DNA from: a virus
Lineage: Duplodnaviria; Caudoviricetes
IMG/VR virus record: IMGVR_UViG_3300009108_000013
Span: 1 to 53,923 of that record
Reading direction: 5' to 3' (one strand)
DNA length: 53,923 nucleotides
Part shown: in pieces, positions 1 through 9,895 of the stretch
How positions within the stretch are numbered: position 1 is the stretch's first letter
Layout: the number at the start of each line of letters is the position of its first letter
Position numbers and translations under genes: made by a program
Notes under the pieces: generated by a model
Database searches by the model: none
Seen by the model: only the letters and a program-made list of their open reading frames with translations
Told to the model about the DNA's origin: nothing

Positions 1-414
1 GGGTACTTCGGCGGAGGTTTGGGGCCTGTCTCCACAGTTGACAAGTTTGCGTTCTCTGACGATTCCCGCACGACATTGAGTACGGGTTTGTCATCGGTTC
101 GCCAACGACTCGCTGCAATGGCAAACTCTGGCACAGCGGGGTACTTCGGCGGAGGTTTTGTTACTTCCACAGTCGACAAGTTCGCTTTCAGCAATGACTC
201 CCGTTCCACGTTGAGTACGGGTCTTTCTTCGTCGCGTTACGCTCTTGCTGGAATGGCCGATTCGGGAACCGCTGGGTATTTTGGAGGTGACGGGAACTCC
301 ACCACCACAGTTGACAAGTTCGCTTTCAGCAATGACTCCCGTTCCACGTTATCAACAGGTTTGTCGGTGGGCAGAGAATACCCTGCTGCTATGGCTAACG
401 GAAACATCGAATGA
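1..414 (+). CDS. Repeat (beta-propeller/Kelch-like) tail-associated protein, 5' truncated by window
   Basis: Frame is open from base 1; three ~43-aa repeats GYFGG..STVDKFAFSxDSRxTLSTGLS..R..AxMA. Confidence 0.65.
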   Translation, partial: GYFGGGLGPVSTVDKFAFSDDSRTTLSTGLSSVRQRLAAMANSGTAGYFGGGFVTSTVDKFAFSNDSRSTLSTGLSSSRYALAGMADSGTAGYFGGDGNSTTTVDKFAFSNDSRSTLSTGLSVGREYPAAMANGNIE

Positions 415-941
415 ACATTCACGATGCAATCGCAGAAATACAGCAACCCCGCTCCCGATACCAAATCATCCACTTTGTGCTCGGCCAACACGACACACCC
501 GAAATGCAGTTCTACCAGTTGATGATGGAACTTCAAGACACAGGCTACAAACTACGGATGGCTGAACTGGGTGTACGAAAAGCCAAAATAGAGATAGCCC
601 GCCTGTTAGAGACAGGCGACGAACTAGACGCAATCGAAGCCGAAGAAAAGCAGGTCGGCTTGGAACAAACCCTGATTGTTATGAAAGGCGCGCAACGCGA
701 AATGGCGGTGCTGGAGGACATCTTCAATGACTGCCAGCATTACACCCGCGACGAAATAGAGCACGCCCAACCTGAGTATTGGGAGAAGCGACTCACACGG
801 CAAACGAATCTTCAGATGATGTCGGGGAGCGTGCAGTGGGCGCAGTTGGATTCGATGCGCCAGATCGGGAAGTTGGACGATCTGATTGAGGCTCGCGAGA
901 AGCAGTTGATGGCCGAAGTGGCTAAGGAGTTGGGCGGATGA
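411..941 (+). CDS. Hypothetical coiled-coil phage protein
   Basis: 176-aa ORF; ATGA overlaps with both neighbours. Confidence 0.75.
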   Translation: MNIHDAIAEIQQPRSRYQIIHFVLGQHDTPEMQFYQLMMELQDTGYKLRMAELGVRKAKIEIARLLETGDELDAIEAEEKQVGLEQTLIVMKGAQREMAVLEDIFNDCQHYTRDEIEHAQPEYWEKRLTRQTNLQMMSGSVQWAQLDSMRQIGKLDDLIEAREKQLMAEVAKELGG

Positions 942-1216
942 TTTACTTGAAATGGCGCCTGTCCGGCGGAGCCCATGGGACTGGCCCCGAAGGCCACATC
1001 GCAGACAGCGGTGGTCACGCTGAAGCCGGTTGGGCTGTCGATGGTGACGGGTACCGCATCGGCTATCTCGCTGAGAGTGTCGATCTGACTGGGTTGGAAA
1101 CTTGGGATGTAACGGAAGTTACCGAAGCGGAAGCACTTGCTTTCTGCCAAGCGGTTTGGGCTGATGCTGAAGTGCTGGCTAGCGGATACATTTCCGGTCC
1201 TCCACCGCCTGAGTGA
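938..1216 (+). CDS. Hypothetical tail-fibre-associated protein
   Basis: 92-aa ORF with ATGA overlap; ends PPPPE. Confidence 0.7.
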   Translation: MIYLKWRLSGGAHGTGPEGHIADSGGHAEAGWAVDGDGYRIGYLAESVDLTGLETWDVTEVTEAEALAFCQAVWADAEVLASGYISGPPPPE

Positions 1217-1261
1217 CGCTCGTATAGGGCGCCTACACCCTCTCTCATCCTGTGTAACAGG

Positions 1262-1340
1262 TCGTCAGGCTCTTCGGGATTATCCGGCACAATCGGACAG
1301 GGTTTCAACGCTTCCGGCGTGGCCTACGCCACCTGAATAG
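1262..1340 (+). pseudogene. C-terminal remnant of phage tail assembly chaperone
   Basis: RQALRDYP...WPTPPE* matches the typical chaperone C-terminus; no credible start. Confidence 0.55.
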
Positions 1341-1444
1341 TTCGTAGCAAAACAGTATAAGATGCTGGTTTCAGCATAATATTGTAGAGTAAACTATGAA
1401 AGCCTTCAACGGCTGACATTATTGTCGAACAAATGAGGTTAGAT

Positions 1445-1651
1445 ATGGCCGAGTACAAAGATTTGGCTGAACGTACAATTGCGACTTTTATTCAGGCCGC
1501 TATTGGTGCCATGGGTACCAACAGCGTTATGGATTTGGGCGTTGATAATTGGAAGATGATCCTGATGGCCGGTGTGTCAGCAGGTGTTGCAGTTATCAAG
1601 GGCTGGGCCGCAAGCAAGTTCGGTGATCGTTCACCGTCGATGATGTCCTAA
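1445..1651 (+). CDS. Holin (r1t-like)
   Basis: DLAERTIATFIQA motif, two hydrophobic helices, 68 aa. Confidence 0.75.
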   Translation: MAEYKDLAERTIATFIQAAIGAMGTNSVMDLGVDNWKMILMAGVSAGVAVIKGWAASKFGDRSPSMMS

Positions 1652-1742
1652 ACATTATCGAAAAGACATTTCATTCTATGATTTTCTGTATGGAATGGGA
1701 GGCTATGATACATAGCAACTAGGCTCACAAGGGGTTGTTGTT

Positions 1743-2162
1743 ATGGGTGATAGTCTACAGAAACGTCTTGAGGGCGCTGCGGATCTAATCTCGCAAGCCT
1801 TAGAAGAGACGGGAACTACTGGGCAGGCAGTCGGGAACTCAGGCAACGTTGGCTTGATCGACAAGATCAAAGACAATATTGCTTATGTTCTTGGGCTGCC
1901 TGCCGCTTTTTCGGGTGCTTTTGGATTTCTATGGCAATCATCTGGAGAAGAAGCAGCCCTAGATTACAAGGTGGGGTTGCTGGAAGAAGCAGTAGCGGAA
2001 TTGAAGGCCGAGAATGATCTTCTTGGTGGAGGGACTAAAAACTTTTCTCTAGATATGAGTGGGGCACCGGGCGGCTCTACAACTGCAATTATTGTAGGAG
2101 CCTGTCTGGTCCTATTCATCGGTCTTCTCTTCTGGTACCAGAACAAACGTAAACGGCAGTAA
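1743..2162 (+). CDS. Membrane protein
   Basis: Two hydrophobic segments, basic C-terminal tail. Confidence 0.7.
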   Translation: MGDSLQKRLEGAADLISQALEETGTTGQAVGNSGNVGLIDKIKDNIAYVLGLPAAFSGAFGFLWQSSGEEAALDYKVGLLEEAVAELKAENDLLGGGTKNFSLDMSGAPGGSTTAIIVGACLVLFIGLLFWYQNKRKRQ

Positions 2163-2166
2163 CGCC

Positions 2167-5100
2167 GTGAAGAAATTCGTTGCTGTCTTATTGGCAGGTG
2201 CGTTAGTTCTTTCGGGCTGTGGTGGCGGCAGTAGTGACCCTGACACTCCCACAACGACTCTCTTTCCCCCTACCACAACTACTAGTGTTGTCACGACAAC
2301 TACTAATGCAATCGGTACTGTTCCTACCACTACCACCATTGCTTCAACTGTCCTTGAAGAAGTTCCTCTAGCGGATCACTCCATTCCGGATTACACAACC
2401 AATGAGGACACTTTCTCATTTGAGAACTTTGGTGGTGGTGAGGCACCCGCAGATCTGACAGTAAACATGGCGCGTCGCCTGTATGGCGACAACCAAGTCT
2501 GTTCAGATGTAACCGATGGTCAATGTACGCCGTATCCGGTGATCTTGCAGTTGATGTCGCAGGCGAACAAGTCAATGCGTGGAGGGCTGTGCGAAGGCTT
2601 GGCCGTGTTGAGCCTCCGCCTCGCAGGTGACATAGAAACCCTTGCGACCTTCCAAAACACGCAAACTGTTGCGGAACTCATTAAGCAGGATCCGGCACTG
2701 CTTTCTGAAATCGCCTACTGGTATGTAACCCAGTTCGCTATGGAGGTACAGCAGGAAGCCTCCTCTTATCTAGAGAAGTCTCCCACAGAATTGGCAGAGG
2801 TTCTTCTTTACGATTTCTCAGAAGCAGAAAAAGGAAACCCACACACCGGTTTCACAATCGGTATTTACAGCGAACAGGGCGGACACGCCGTCACCCCTTA
2901 CCGGGTAGAAGAGATGGCCGGTGGCTATCGCATCTATATCTACGATTCCAACTGGCCCAACGAGGAACGTTGGATCGACGTATCCAATGACGGTCAGTGG
3001 ATGTATGCCCTTGCTGCGACCAATCCCACGGAACAATCGGAGGCTTGGTTTGGTGGGACAGGGACTATGGAACTCACTCCGATGCGTTCCCGGTCCGGTC
3101 CATTTACTTGCAGTTTCTGCCCTCAGGAAGAGGGAGAAGAGTCGGGGACGATGCTTACCGTTGCCGCTTCTGGTGACAAGCAGATGGCTCTCAAGATTGA
3201 AACTGAATCAGGTGACAGGCTGGGTTATTACGATGGTGCGTTTGTCAATGAGATTGAAGGCGCTACCTATCGTTATCTGATTTCAGGACCAAGCACCGCT
3301 GATCCAGTTTTGGTGTTTCTTCCACCGGGGGTGGAGTCGTTCTCCGCAGATGTTGAAGAGATTGACGTTCCAACTCCTGAAGCAGAAGAGCCGACTTCTA
3401 CGAGGGACAGAATCGAAGAAGCAATAGAGGAACAGATAGAAGAAGAAACTGAACAGAAGTTTTCTCTACTGGTTCTGAGCGAGGAGAAATCTGTTCAGAT
3501 TGAAGCGGTCATCGTGGAGGAGGAAGAACCGGAACGGTGGGAAGAGGCTGAGGAAGAGGCTGAGGAAGAATCTGAAGAGGTTGAGTCGTTGTTGGCCTTC
3601 TCTGAAGAAGCAATCGAAATTGCAGAGATAGAGGAAGCGACTGTCGCGATTGCTGTTGATGCCCTTGAGGTTGAGATCGAACTGGAAGCCGGTCAGCAAA
3701 TTGAGGTGGCTTTTGCCCCAGAACCGGAGCCTGAACCTGAGCAGCCGGGTGTCATAATTCCTGAGTCGGAGCCAGTCAGAGACACGCTGGATATTGCTAT
3801 TCAGGATGAAGCGGGCGAGGTGCTGGCCGAGGTAGAGGTTGACATGACCGCCTACCGGGTTGTCGAACAGGTGTTCGATGAACCGACTGTCACCATTCCG
3901 GATCGACCGGATGTTCCGGCAGTGACCCTGCCCCCTGCACCAGAACCGGTAATCGTTCCCGTTGTTATCGAACTGACGTTCGATGCAGATGTAGGGGAGA
4001 TCTCCACAGAAGAAGTTGAAGTTGAAGCGTGGGTCGCTTCGGATGCTGAATATTTCCAAGCGGTTGCTGAGGATCGCATCGAAGAAGTGTTGGGCGCGTC
4101 CTACGTCGAAGAGATTGAATCAGTTGAAGAGTGGGAAGCCCCTGAAATATTTGAAGAAGATGAGATTGATTTCGTTGAGATTCTTCTCAGTGTGGATGAA
4201 GAGTATTGGGAAGACGAGCAGTGGGATGAAGTCGAATACGACGACGAATATTTTGAAGAAGAACAGGAGTTGATGGACGATCTCTTTGGTGAGGCTGTCG
4301 ATGTCGAAGAACTGTTTGAAGAAGTTGAATCGTTCATGGAGGAGGTCGAAGAGGAGCGCATCGAATTCTTTGAAGAACATGAAGAGTTTGATGAGGAGGA
4401 GTTCTGGGAGGAATACGAAGAAGAATATTACGAAGAGGATTTCGCCTTTCAGGAGTATGACGCCGATTTGGAAGAGGCGTGGATTCTGGAAGAGATGGGT
4501 TTGGAGGAGTGGAACGAAGACCTCATGGGTCCGTCGCCTACCGAAACCGTTGACTGGGAAGAAGAAGACTGGGACGCCTACGACGAGGAAATGGACGCCA
4601 TCTGGGAAGAGGAGATAGAGGATCCAGAGGCGTGGGAAGAAGAACTGCTGGAGGAATTAGGCGTAGAGGAATGGCCTGAGGAGTGGGGTCCATCACCCAC
4701 GGAATCGGCTGAGTGGACTGAAGACGATTGGGACGCTTACGACCAAGAATGGGCCGCGGATGAAGAGGTCATGATCCTTGCAGAAGAGGGTCTGGACGAG
4801 TGGCCCGAGGACTGGGGACCGTCACCTAGCGAGACATGGGAGTGGACGGAGGAGGACTGGCAGGAATACGACGAGGAAATGGAAGCCCAGTGGGAGGAGG
4901 ACTGGGAGGACATGACCGAGGAGTGGACCGAGGAGGAGTGGGACGACTGGAATGAATTCACGGGTGAAGATGTTGATGACTTAGAAGAGCCAGAGTTGTG
5001 GGAAGATGTAGACCCTGATGACGACAACCCCGGATGGGAAGAGGAAGAATGGGAAGAATTTGACGAAGACACAGAATCCGACGGCTCTATTCCTGAAGAA

Positions 5101-6726
5101 GAAGAAGTGGATGAGGAGCAAGTGGATGAAGAGGAACCAGTAGACGAGGAACCAGTAGACGAAGAGCCAGTGGACGAAGAGGAGCCTTGGGACGAGGAGA
5201 TCGAAGAAGACCCAGACTGGGAGTTAGAAGACCCAGACTGGGAGGTAGAAGATCCAGACTGGGATCCAGATTGGGAGCCTGACGAGCCTGACGTTTGTGA
5301 TGATGGCTGGTGCGAGGATCCGGGTTTCGATCCGAACGAGGGGGATGATGACCCCGGTTGGGACGACCCCTATGGGGGCTGCCGAGGCACCTCTGCCTGT
5401 GCTGATGCCCCCGGAGGGTATGAAACTTGGGACGATTACGATCAAGCAAATGACCCCGGCTACTACGACGACTGGGGCGACGAACTGCCGAGTGGGTATG
5501 CAACATGGGCTGACTTCGCCCAAGAGGTAGAAATAGGGGTAGTCAGCGCCGACGTTGCTGCCGAGTATCTGCCCGAAGAGGTGCAGGAAGCGATCATCCC
5601 TGTGGTCGTCGTAGAGACTGTCTACTACCCGACGGTTTCCTACACATACGAGGACGTTCCCATATCGGAAATCCTGTCAACCAGTGTTTCCACGGCTCAG
5701 ACCGGAACGGCTACCAGTTCAGCCGTGACGGCTACGAACGTCACCGGCACTGAGGTAACGGCTGCGAATGTCACTGGTACAGAAGTCTCTACGGATATGA
5801 CCGCCGTGTTGAGTCGTGATGCCAATGACGGGCACTGGCACACTTGGGAGACAACGGTAACTACGACTGAAACTACGACTGAAACTACGACCCAAACTAC
5901 GACAGAAACTACGACTGCTACGACGGTGACCAATACCCTTGTTGACACAACGACTGTTGTTGCTCGTACTGGTTCCGACATGACAACTTGTACGTTCTAT
6001 GACGGGGTGAACGTCGGCTGCTCCACGGCGCGTGGATGGAGTCCTGAAACAACTACTGTCACCGTCGGAGATGCATATACTGAGGTCAGCACAACGACCG
6101 CTACGGCTGACGTTGTAACGAGTGTTACAGCAGATGTTGTAACGACTGCTAGTACGTCAGCGAGTCAACAGGTTGAACAGGGTTGCTCTGAGGGCGGCTG
6201 GACAGGGATGGGGGACTGGTGCATCGTCTCGTCTAGCAGTCACACCGATTACGACTACGTCCAGTTCACATTGGACGAACCGACGAGCATCCGTATCGAC
6301 GCTGAAACGAACCTGACCCACGCCCAGTTCAATACGAACAACGAGGCTGGTGACCCGTACATCTATCTGAACTGGGATACCCACGCTCCTGAAGGAAACC
6401 ACTCAGGAGACGCATCAGCGGTAGGGGTTGGTCAACTGATTGAAAGTGACGATGACGGCGGGAACGACTGTGGGAACACTTGTGTCAACCCGCCTAGTAC
6501 CGCTGTGGATGTGGATGAAACTCCACATGTAATTAGATGCGAAGATGCTGGTACCGATTGTTCAGATTGGCCGGATCTCCCTCCAGTCATCGACAATGTT
6601 AGTGATCAGTGGGATAGTCGCATCGTTCGCACCAATCAGGCTGCGGGCGACTATGTAGTAAGAGGTTCGGTCTATAACGGAAACAATGACGGGTGGTATC
6701 GCTTGACTATAGAAGAGGTAGAATGA
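2167..6726 (+). CDS. Very large acidic lipoprotein (1519 aa)
   Basis: Signal peptide with lipobox LSG-C, Thr linker, globular N-domain, E/D/W-rich central region, Thr-rich stretch, PPC-like C-terminus (ESDDDGG...AGDYVVR). Confidence 0.85.
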   Translation: MKKFVAVLLAGALVLSGCGGGSSDPDTPTTTLFPPTTTTSVVTTTTNAIGTVPTTTTIASTVLEEVPLADHSIPDYTTNEDTFSFENFGGGEAPADLTVNMARRLYGDNQVCSDVTDGQCTPYPVILQLMSQANKSMRGGLCEGLAVLSLRLAGDIETLATFQNTQTVAELIKQDPALLSEIAYWYVTQFAMEVQQEASSYLEKSPTELAEVLLYDFSEAEKGNPHTGFTIGIYSEQGGHAVTPYRVEEMAGGYRIYIYDSNWPNEERWIDVSNDGQWMYALAATNPTEQSEAWFGGTGTMELTPMRSRSGPFTCSFCPQEEGEESGTMLTVAASGDKQMALKIETESGDRLGYYDGAFVNEIEGATYRYLISGPSTADPVLVFLPPGVESFSADVEEIDVPTPEAEEPTSTRDRIEEAIEEQIEEETEQKFSLLVLSEEKSVQIEAVIVEEEEPERWEEAEEEAEEESEEVESLLAFSEEAIEIAEIEEATVAIAVDALEVEIELEAGQQIEVAFAPEPEPEPEQPGVIIPESEPVRDTLDIAIQDEAGEVLAEVEVDMTAYRVVEQVFDEPTVTIPDRPDVPAVTLPPAPEPVIVPVVIELTFDADVGEISTEEVEVEAWVASDAEYFQAVAEDRIEEVLGASYVEEIESVEEWEAPEIFEEDEIDFVEILLSVDEEYWEDEQWDEVEYDDEYFEEEQELMDDLFGEAVDVEELFEEVESFMEEVEEERIEFFEEHEEFDEEEFWEEYEEEYYEEDFAFQEYDADLEEAWILEEMGLEEWNEDLMGPSPTETVDWEEEDWDAYDEEMDAIWEEEIEDPEAWEEELLEELGVEEWPEEWGPSPTESAEWTEDDWDAYDQEWAADEEVMILAEEGLDEWPEDWGPSPSETWEWTEEDWQEYDEEMEAQWEEDWEDMTEEWTEEEWDDWNEFTGEDVDDLEEPELWEDVDPDDDNPGWEEEEWEEFDEDTESDGSIPEEEEVDEEQVDEEEPVDEEPVDEEPVDEEEPWDEEIEEDPDWELEDPDWEVEDPDWDPDWEPDEPDVCDDGWCEDPGFDPNEGDDDPGWDDPYGGCRGTSACADAPGGYETWDDYDQANDPGYYDDWGDELPSGYATWADFAQEVEIGVVSADVAAEYLPEEVQEAIIPVVVVETVYYPTVSYTYEDVPISEILSTSVSTAQTGTATSSAVTATNVTGTEVTAANVTGTEVSTDMTAVLSRDANDGHWHTWETTVTTTETTTETTTQTTTETTTATTVTNTLVDTTTVVARTGSDMTTCTFYDGVNVGCSTARGWSPETTTVTVGDAYTEVSTTTATADVVTSVTADVVTTASTSASQQVEQGCSEGGWTGMGDWCIVSSSSHTDYDYVQFTLDEPTSIRIDAETNLTHAQFNTNNEAGDPYIYLNWDTHAPEGNHSGDASAVGVGQLIESDDDGGNDCGNTCVNPPSTAVDVDETPHVIRCEDAGTDCSDWPDLPPVIDNVSDQWDSRIVRTNQAAGDYVVRGSVYNGNNDGWYRLTIEEVE

Positions 6727-6815
6727 TAAAAGTATGGATTGATCAAGATCTTTGCACTGGGGATGGTTTATGTGAAGAAATATGTCCGAGCGTTTTTGCA
6801 GTGTATCTTCATTGA
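6723..6815 (+). pseudogene. Truncated ferredoxin
   Basis: MIKVWIDQDLCTGDGLCEEICPSVF then stop at 30 aa; lacks the C-terminal Cys-Pro ligand. Confidence 0.75.
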
Positions 6816-6844
6816 GTTGGCTGAATAGGCATTAGTATATTTCG

Positions 6845-7207
6845 ATGCAGTTATATCAATATCGCGCCAAGGTGGACCGAGTCGTAGACGGGGACACCAT
6901 AGATGTCATTTTTGATTTGGGTTTTGATATTTCATACAAGTCACGCGTGCGGTTTGTAGGGGTCAATACTCCGGAATCTCGTACCAGAGACTTGGAGGAA
7001 AAGGCTTTGGGTCTTGCGGCAAAAGATTTTGTTGGACGCTGGCTTCTTGAACATGCTGGGAACTGTCCCATTATTGAAACTTCTTTAGATAAAAAGGGAA
7101 AGTTTGGTCGGGTTCTGGGGCGGATAGTCAATGACGAAGGTATTTGTTTAAACGATGTATTGATTGCTGAGGGTATTGGAACGCCATATGACGGAGATAA
7201 ACGATAA
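6845..7207 (+). CDS. Thermonuclease (SNase)-family nuclease
   Basis: RVVDGDT, RVRFVGVNTPE, GKFGRVL motifs. Confidence 0.9.
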   Translation: MQLYQYRAKVDRVVDGDTIDVIFDLGFDISYKSRVRFVGVNTPESRTRDLEEKALGLAAKDFVGRWLLEHAGNCPIIETSLDKKGKFGRVLGRIVNDEGICLNDVLIAEGIGTPYDGDKR

Positions 7208-7329
7208 TGGCAGCGAAAAGAAAAGCAACAAAGACAAAGGGGCTACGAGGAACTGGATCTCGTCGGGGTCCGGGCAGCAGGGGAACTTCGCCGCGCCGAG
7301 CAAGGGCACGGCGGTTGCGGAGGCGGTAA
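7207..7329 (+). CDS. Small Arg/Lys-rich protamine-like peptide (40 aa)
   Basis: MAAKRKATKTKGLRGTGSRRGPGSRGTSPRRARARRLRRR; TAATG coupling to the nuclease gene. Confidence 0.6.
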   Translation: MAAKRKATKTKGLRGTGSRRGPGSRGTSPRRARARRLRRR

Positions 7330-7345
7330 CAGTTAGGAGTTAGTC

Positions 7346-8188
7346 ATGTCCATCTTGGTTCATGAAACTTTTGAAGAGGGATGGCAGGAATCGTGGAGCG
7401 GGAATGTCCACAACGCTTATGTAAGCGGTGACGCTTTACGGCTAATGTTCCGCGAGGGCGATCATTATGGATGCGCCCTCTACAAAGAGGTGCCGCCGTG
7501 TCGCCATGTGAAAGTGTCTTACATGGTGAGGGCACTTGGCAATTGGAATTCCCACAGTACGGGAAAGACGCTGGGGTTTGCCGATCTGCGGTACAAGAAC
7601 GAGAGGGGCCAGTCTTACGGCCATGGAAACCGGCAACCGAATCCGGACGGATTCTCGTTCCGTACATGGTTCGGCAAGACTAAGGATGGCTACATGCCTA
7701 TCGGTATGTACTTCTACCATCTTGGTCAGGTTCCGAAGTGGGGCGATTCAGTCAAGGTCGGACAGATCAAGGTGGGCGGTAATCCCGTTCTCTTTGAGTG
7801 CGAGGCTGATTTCGATGAGGGTTTCATTCGTGCCCGAGTGGATGGAGGTGACTGGGTTCGCCACAATCTTGTAGTCACTGATAAGACGGCGGTGGTTTGG
7901 GCGTGGTTGGACGCCTATTACGGCGGGCCTGCGGTGTCTCCTGAGAACATGGCGTGGGATATTTCAGATTACAAGTTAGAAAATCTTGGTCCTGATCCAT
8001 TGGATCCCGGTATTGACTGGGATGCTATTGCCCGGATGATTGCCGAGAAGGAAGAGGCTGCGAAGGAAACCGCAGAATCAGAGAAGATTATTGAGGCACC
8101 ACCGAAGCCGTCGGATCCGATGGCTGAAATGGCTCCGAGTTTGTCTGAACAACTTAGGAGAATCGCAGATCAAATCGAAGCGTTATGA
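7346..8188 (+). CDS. Polysaccharide lyase (PL14-like) domain protein
   Basis: GKTLG, GFSFRTW, MYFYH, WGD motifs; AGGAG SD. Confidence 0.55.
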   Translation: MSILVHETFEEGWQESWSGNVHNAYVSGDALRLMFREGDHYGCALYKEVPPCRHVKVSYMVRALGNWNSHSTGKTLGFADLRYKNERGQSYGHGNRQPNPDGFSFRTWFGKTKDGYMPIGMYFYHLGQVPKWGDSVKVGQIKVGGNPVLFECEADFDEGFIRARVDGGDWVRHNLVVTDKTAVVWAWLDAYYGGPAVSPENMAWDISDYKLENLGPDPLDPGIDWDAIARMIAEKEEAAKETAESEKIIEAPPKPSDPMAEMAPSLSEQLRRIADQIEAL

Positions 8189-8692
8189 ATGCAAACCAAG
8201 CAGGAACTTGAAGAATGGTATGAGCAGGATGACCCGTGGGAGTACACGGTCACTCCAGATGACATCTACCGCAAGCGTTTCTACCTGACAGTCCTAGAAG
8301 GCTTAGGCGAACATTACGACAGGGCATTGGATGTCGGCGCTGGTGAGGGATTCATAACGGGGGATCTTCCGGCAGAGCAGATCCACGCCATTGAGATGAG
8401 TGATAATGCTGCGAGCAGGTTGCCTAAGAATGTCGAACGCGTGTTCGCCCCACAGGGAGAGTACGATCTAGTTCTAGTGACTGGTCTGCTTTATAGGCAG
8501 TACGACCATGAACAGATAGCGAGGCTGGTGTCGGAGGTAGCCAGTAAGCATGTCTGTGTTGGTGGGATTCAAGACTGGTTGTTGCCTTATCCGTTTGGAA
8601 GGTTGATAGAAACGTTTCGATTTCCTTACAGGGAATACACTTCAGTGTTCAATGTTTACAAGTATGAACGGTATTCCCCATGGAGCGGTTGA
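8189..8692 (+). CDS. SAM-dependent methyltransferase (NodS-like)
   Basis: DPWEY N-terminal motif; ALDVGAGEG motif I. Confidence 0.8.
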   Translation: MQTKQELEEWYEQDDPWEYTVTPDDIYRKRFYLTVLEGLGEHYDRALDVGAGEGFITGDLPAEQIHAIEMSDNAASRLPKNVERVFAPQGEYDLVLVTGLLYRQYDHEQIARLVSEVASKHVCVGGIQDWLLPYPFGRLIETFRFPYREYTSVFNVYKYERYSPWSG

Positions 8693-9186
8693 GGCTAGCG
8701 CACAACATTGGAAACGAAGATCATCCCAATTATCATACCCGTGAGGAAATACTTGCCTGTGATGATCCGATTGGATTTGATGGGGTATATCGAAACGTTT
8801 ACGAGAATCAAGATGTGTTGGAGGGCAAGTCTGGCATTATGTTCGTGATGGGAAACTTCTTAGGTGGGACTAATGAGTTTGACTTATCAAATGTTCCCAA
8901 ACTAGAACGTTATTGTACTATGCAAGAAGTAAAAGAATTATGCAATAATTATGCATTTGAAATAGGGTGGCATACATGGTCGCATAGGAACCTTTGTTTA
9001 CTATCAGAAAAAGAGATACTGCAAGAAATAACTCCACCATTTAGAACTAAATACTTACGTTATCCCTATGGAGAATATTGCGATAAAGTTATAGAGTGCG
9101 TGAAGCAGGTGGGTTTTCAAAAGGCTTATTCTGTTACACAAGGTGTACACGATAACCAATACAAGATTTACAGTGATTATGTTTAA
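8680..9186 (+). CDS. Polysaccharide deacetylase (NodB/CE4)
   Basis: FDG, EIGWHTWSH, RYPYG motifs. Confidence 0.8.
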   Translation: MERLRLAHNIGNEDHPNYHTREEILACDDPIGFDGVYRNVYENQDVLEGKSGIMFVMGNFLGGTNEFDLSNVPKLERYCTMQEVKELCNNYAFEIGWHTWSHRNLCLLSEKEILQEITPPFRTKYLRYPYGEYCDKVIECVKQVGFQKAYSVTQGVHDNQYKIYSDYV

Positions 9187-9895
9187 AGAATACGAAGAAG
9201 AAGGAGTGGCGGTTATACCCTCCGTCTTTACCGCGGAAGAGTGCGACAGGATAAAAAAAGAAGCATACGGGGTTACGGACGATCAAATCAAGTCGGCAGG
9301 ATATAAGCATGTTCCAAGTGAGCAAGCCTACAATAAAAAGTCTTTGATATTCTTTCCCGCATTAGCCAATAGTTATTTGAATAACATACGCGTTGATGAG
9401 CGTATGCGGGCGGTTGTGCATATGTTTTTAGGTGATGAAGTTCGGCAGATCAATAACCAGATTTACTTCCGAGAACAAGCAGACTTGGATACTTTTGCAT
9501 GGCATAGGGACACTATATTCAGGGAAAGCCATGTGTTTACTTCAGATCTTGCAACGGATTATCTTCAGACAATCATTGCCGTAGACGACATCACCGAAGA
9601 CAACGGTTCTGTTGAATTCATCCAAGGCTCTCATAAATGGCCGACTTTTGAAGATCCTAAGAATCTAAGAGTTTTTGAGAGAGGGGAATACAGGGGAAAG
9701 AAATACACGGCGAAGAAGGGAGACATGATGATCTGGTCAGTAATGATTGTTCATGGAAGCGAAGAGAACAAATCGACCGGTTCTAGGATGACCTACATGA
9801 ACGGTTTCTGTCGAAGCAGATCAGCGAGCGCCTATCCCGACTATCTTGTCGATGGCAAAATCGTTGAGAATATCAATCCCCAAAAGATTCCTTAA
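9179..9895 (+). CDS. PhyH-family Fe(II)/2OG dioxygenase
   Basis: WHRD, DITEDNG..FIQGSH, HGS..N.S...R motifs. Confidence 0.85.
   Translation: MFKEYEEEGVAVIPSVFTAEECDRIKKEAYGVTDDQIKSAGYKHVPSEQAYNKKSLIFFPALANSYLNNIRVDERMRAVVHMFLGDEVRQINNQIYFREQADLDTFAWHRDTIFRESHVFTSDLATDYLQTIIAVDDITEDNGSVEFIQGSHKWPTFEDPKNLRVFERGEYRGKKYTAKKGDMMIWSVMIVHGSEENKSTGSRMTYMNGFCRSRSASAYPDYLVDGKIVENINPQKIP

Noticed and set aside
1-400. DGR template/variable repeat pair
   Set aside because: The repeats are in-frame protein repeats whose differences are not limited to adenines, and no reverse transcriptase is in the window.
3466-5981. Antisense Ser/Phe/Val-rich ORFs inside the lipoprotein gene
   Set aside because: Shadow frames of Glu/Asp/Thr codon runs.
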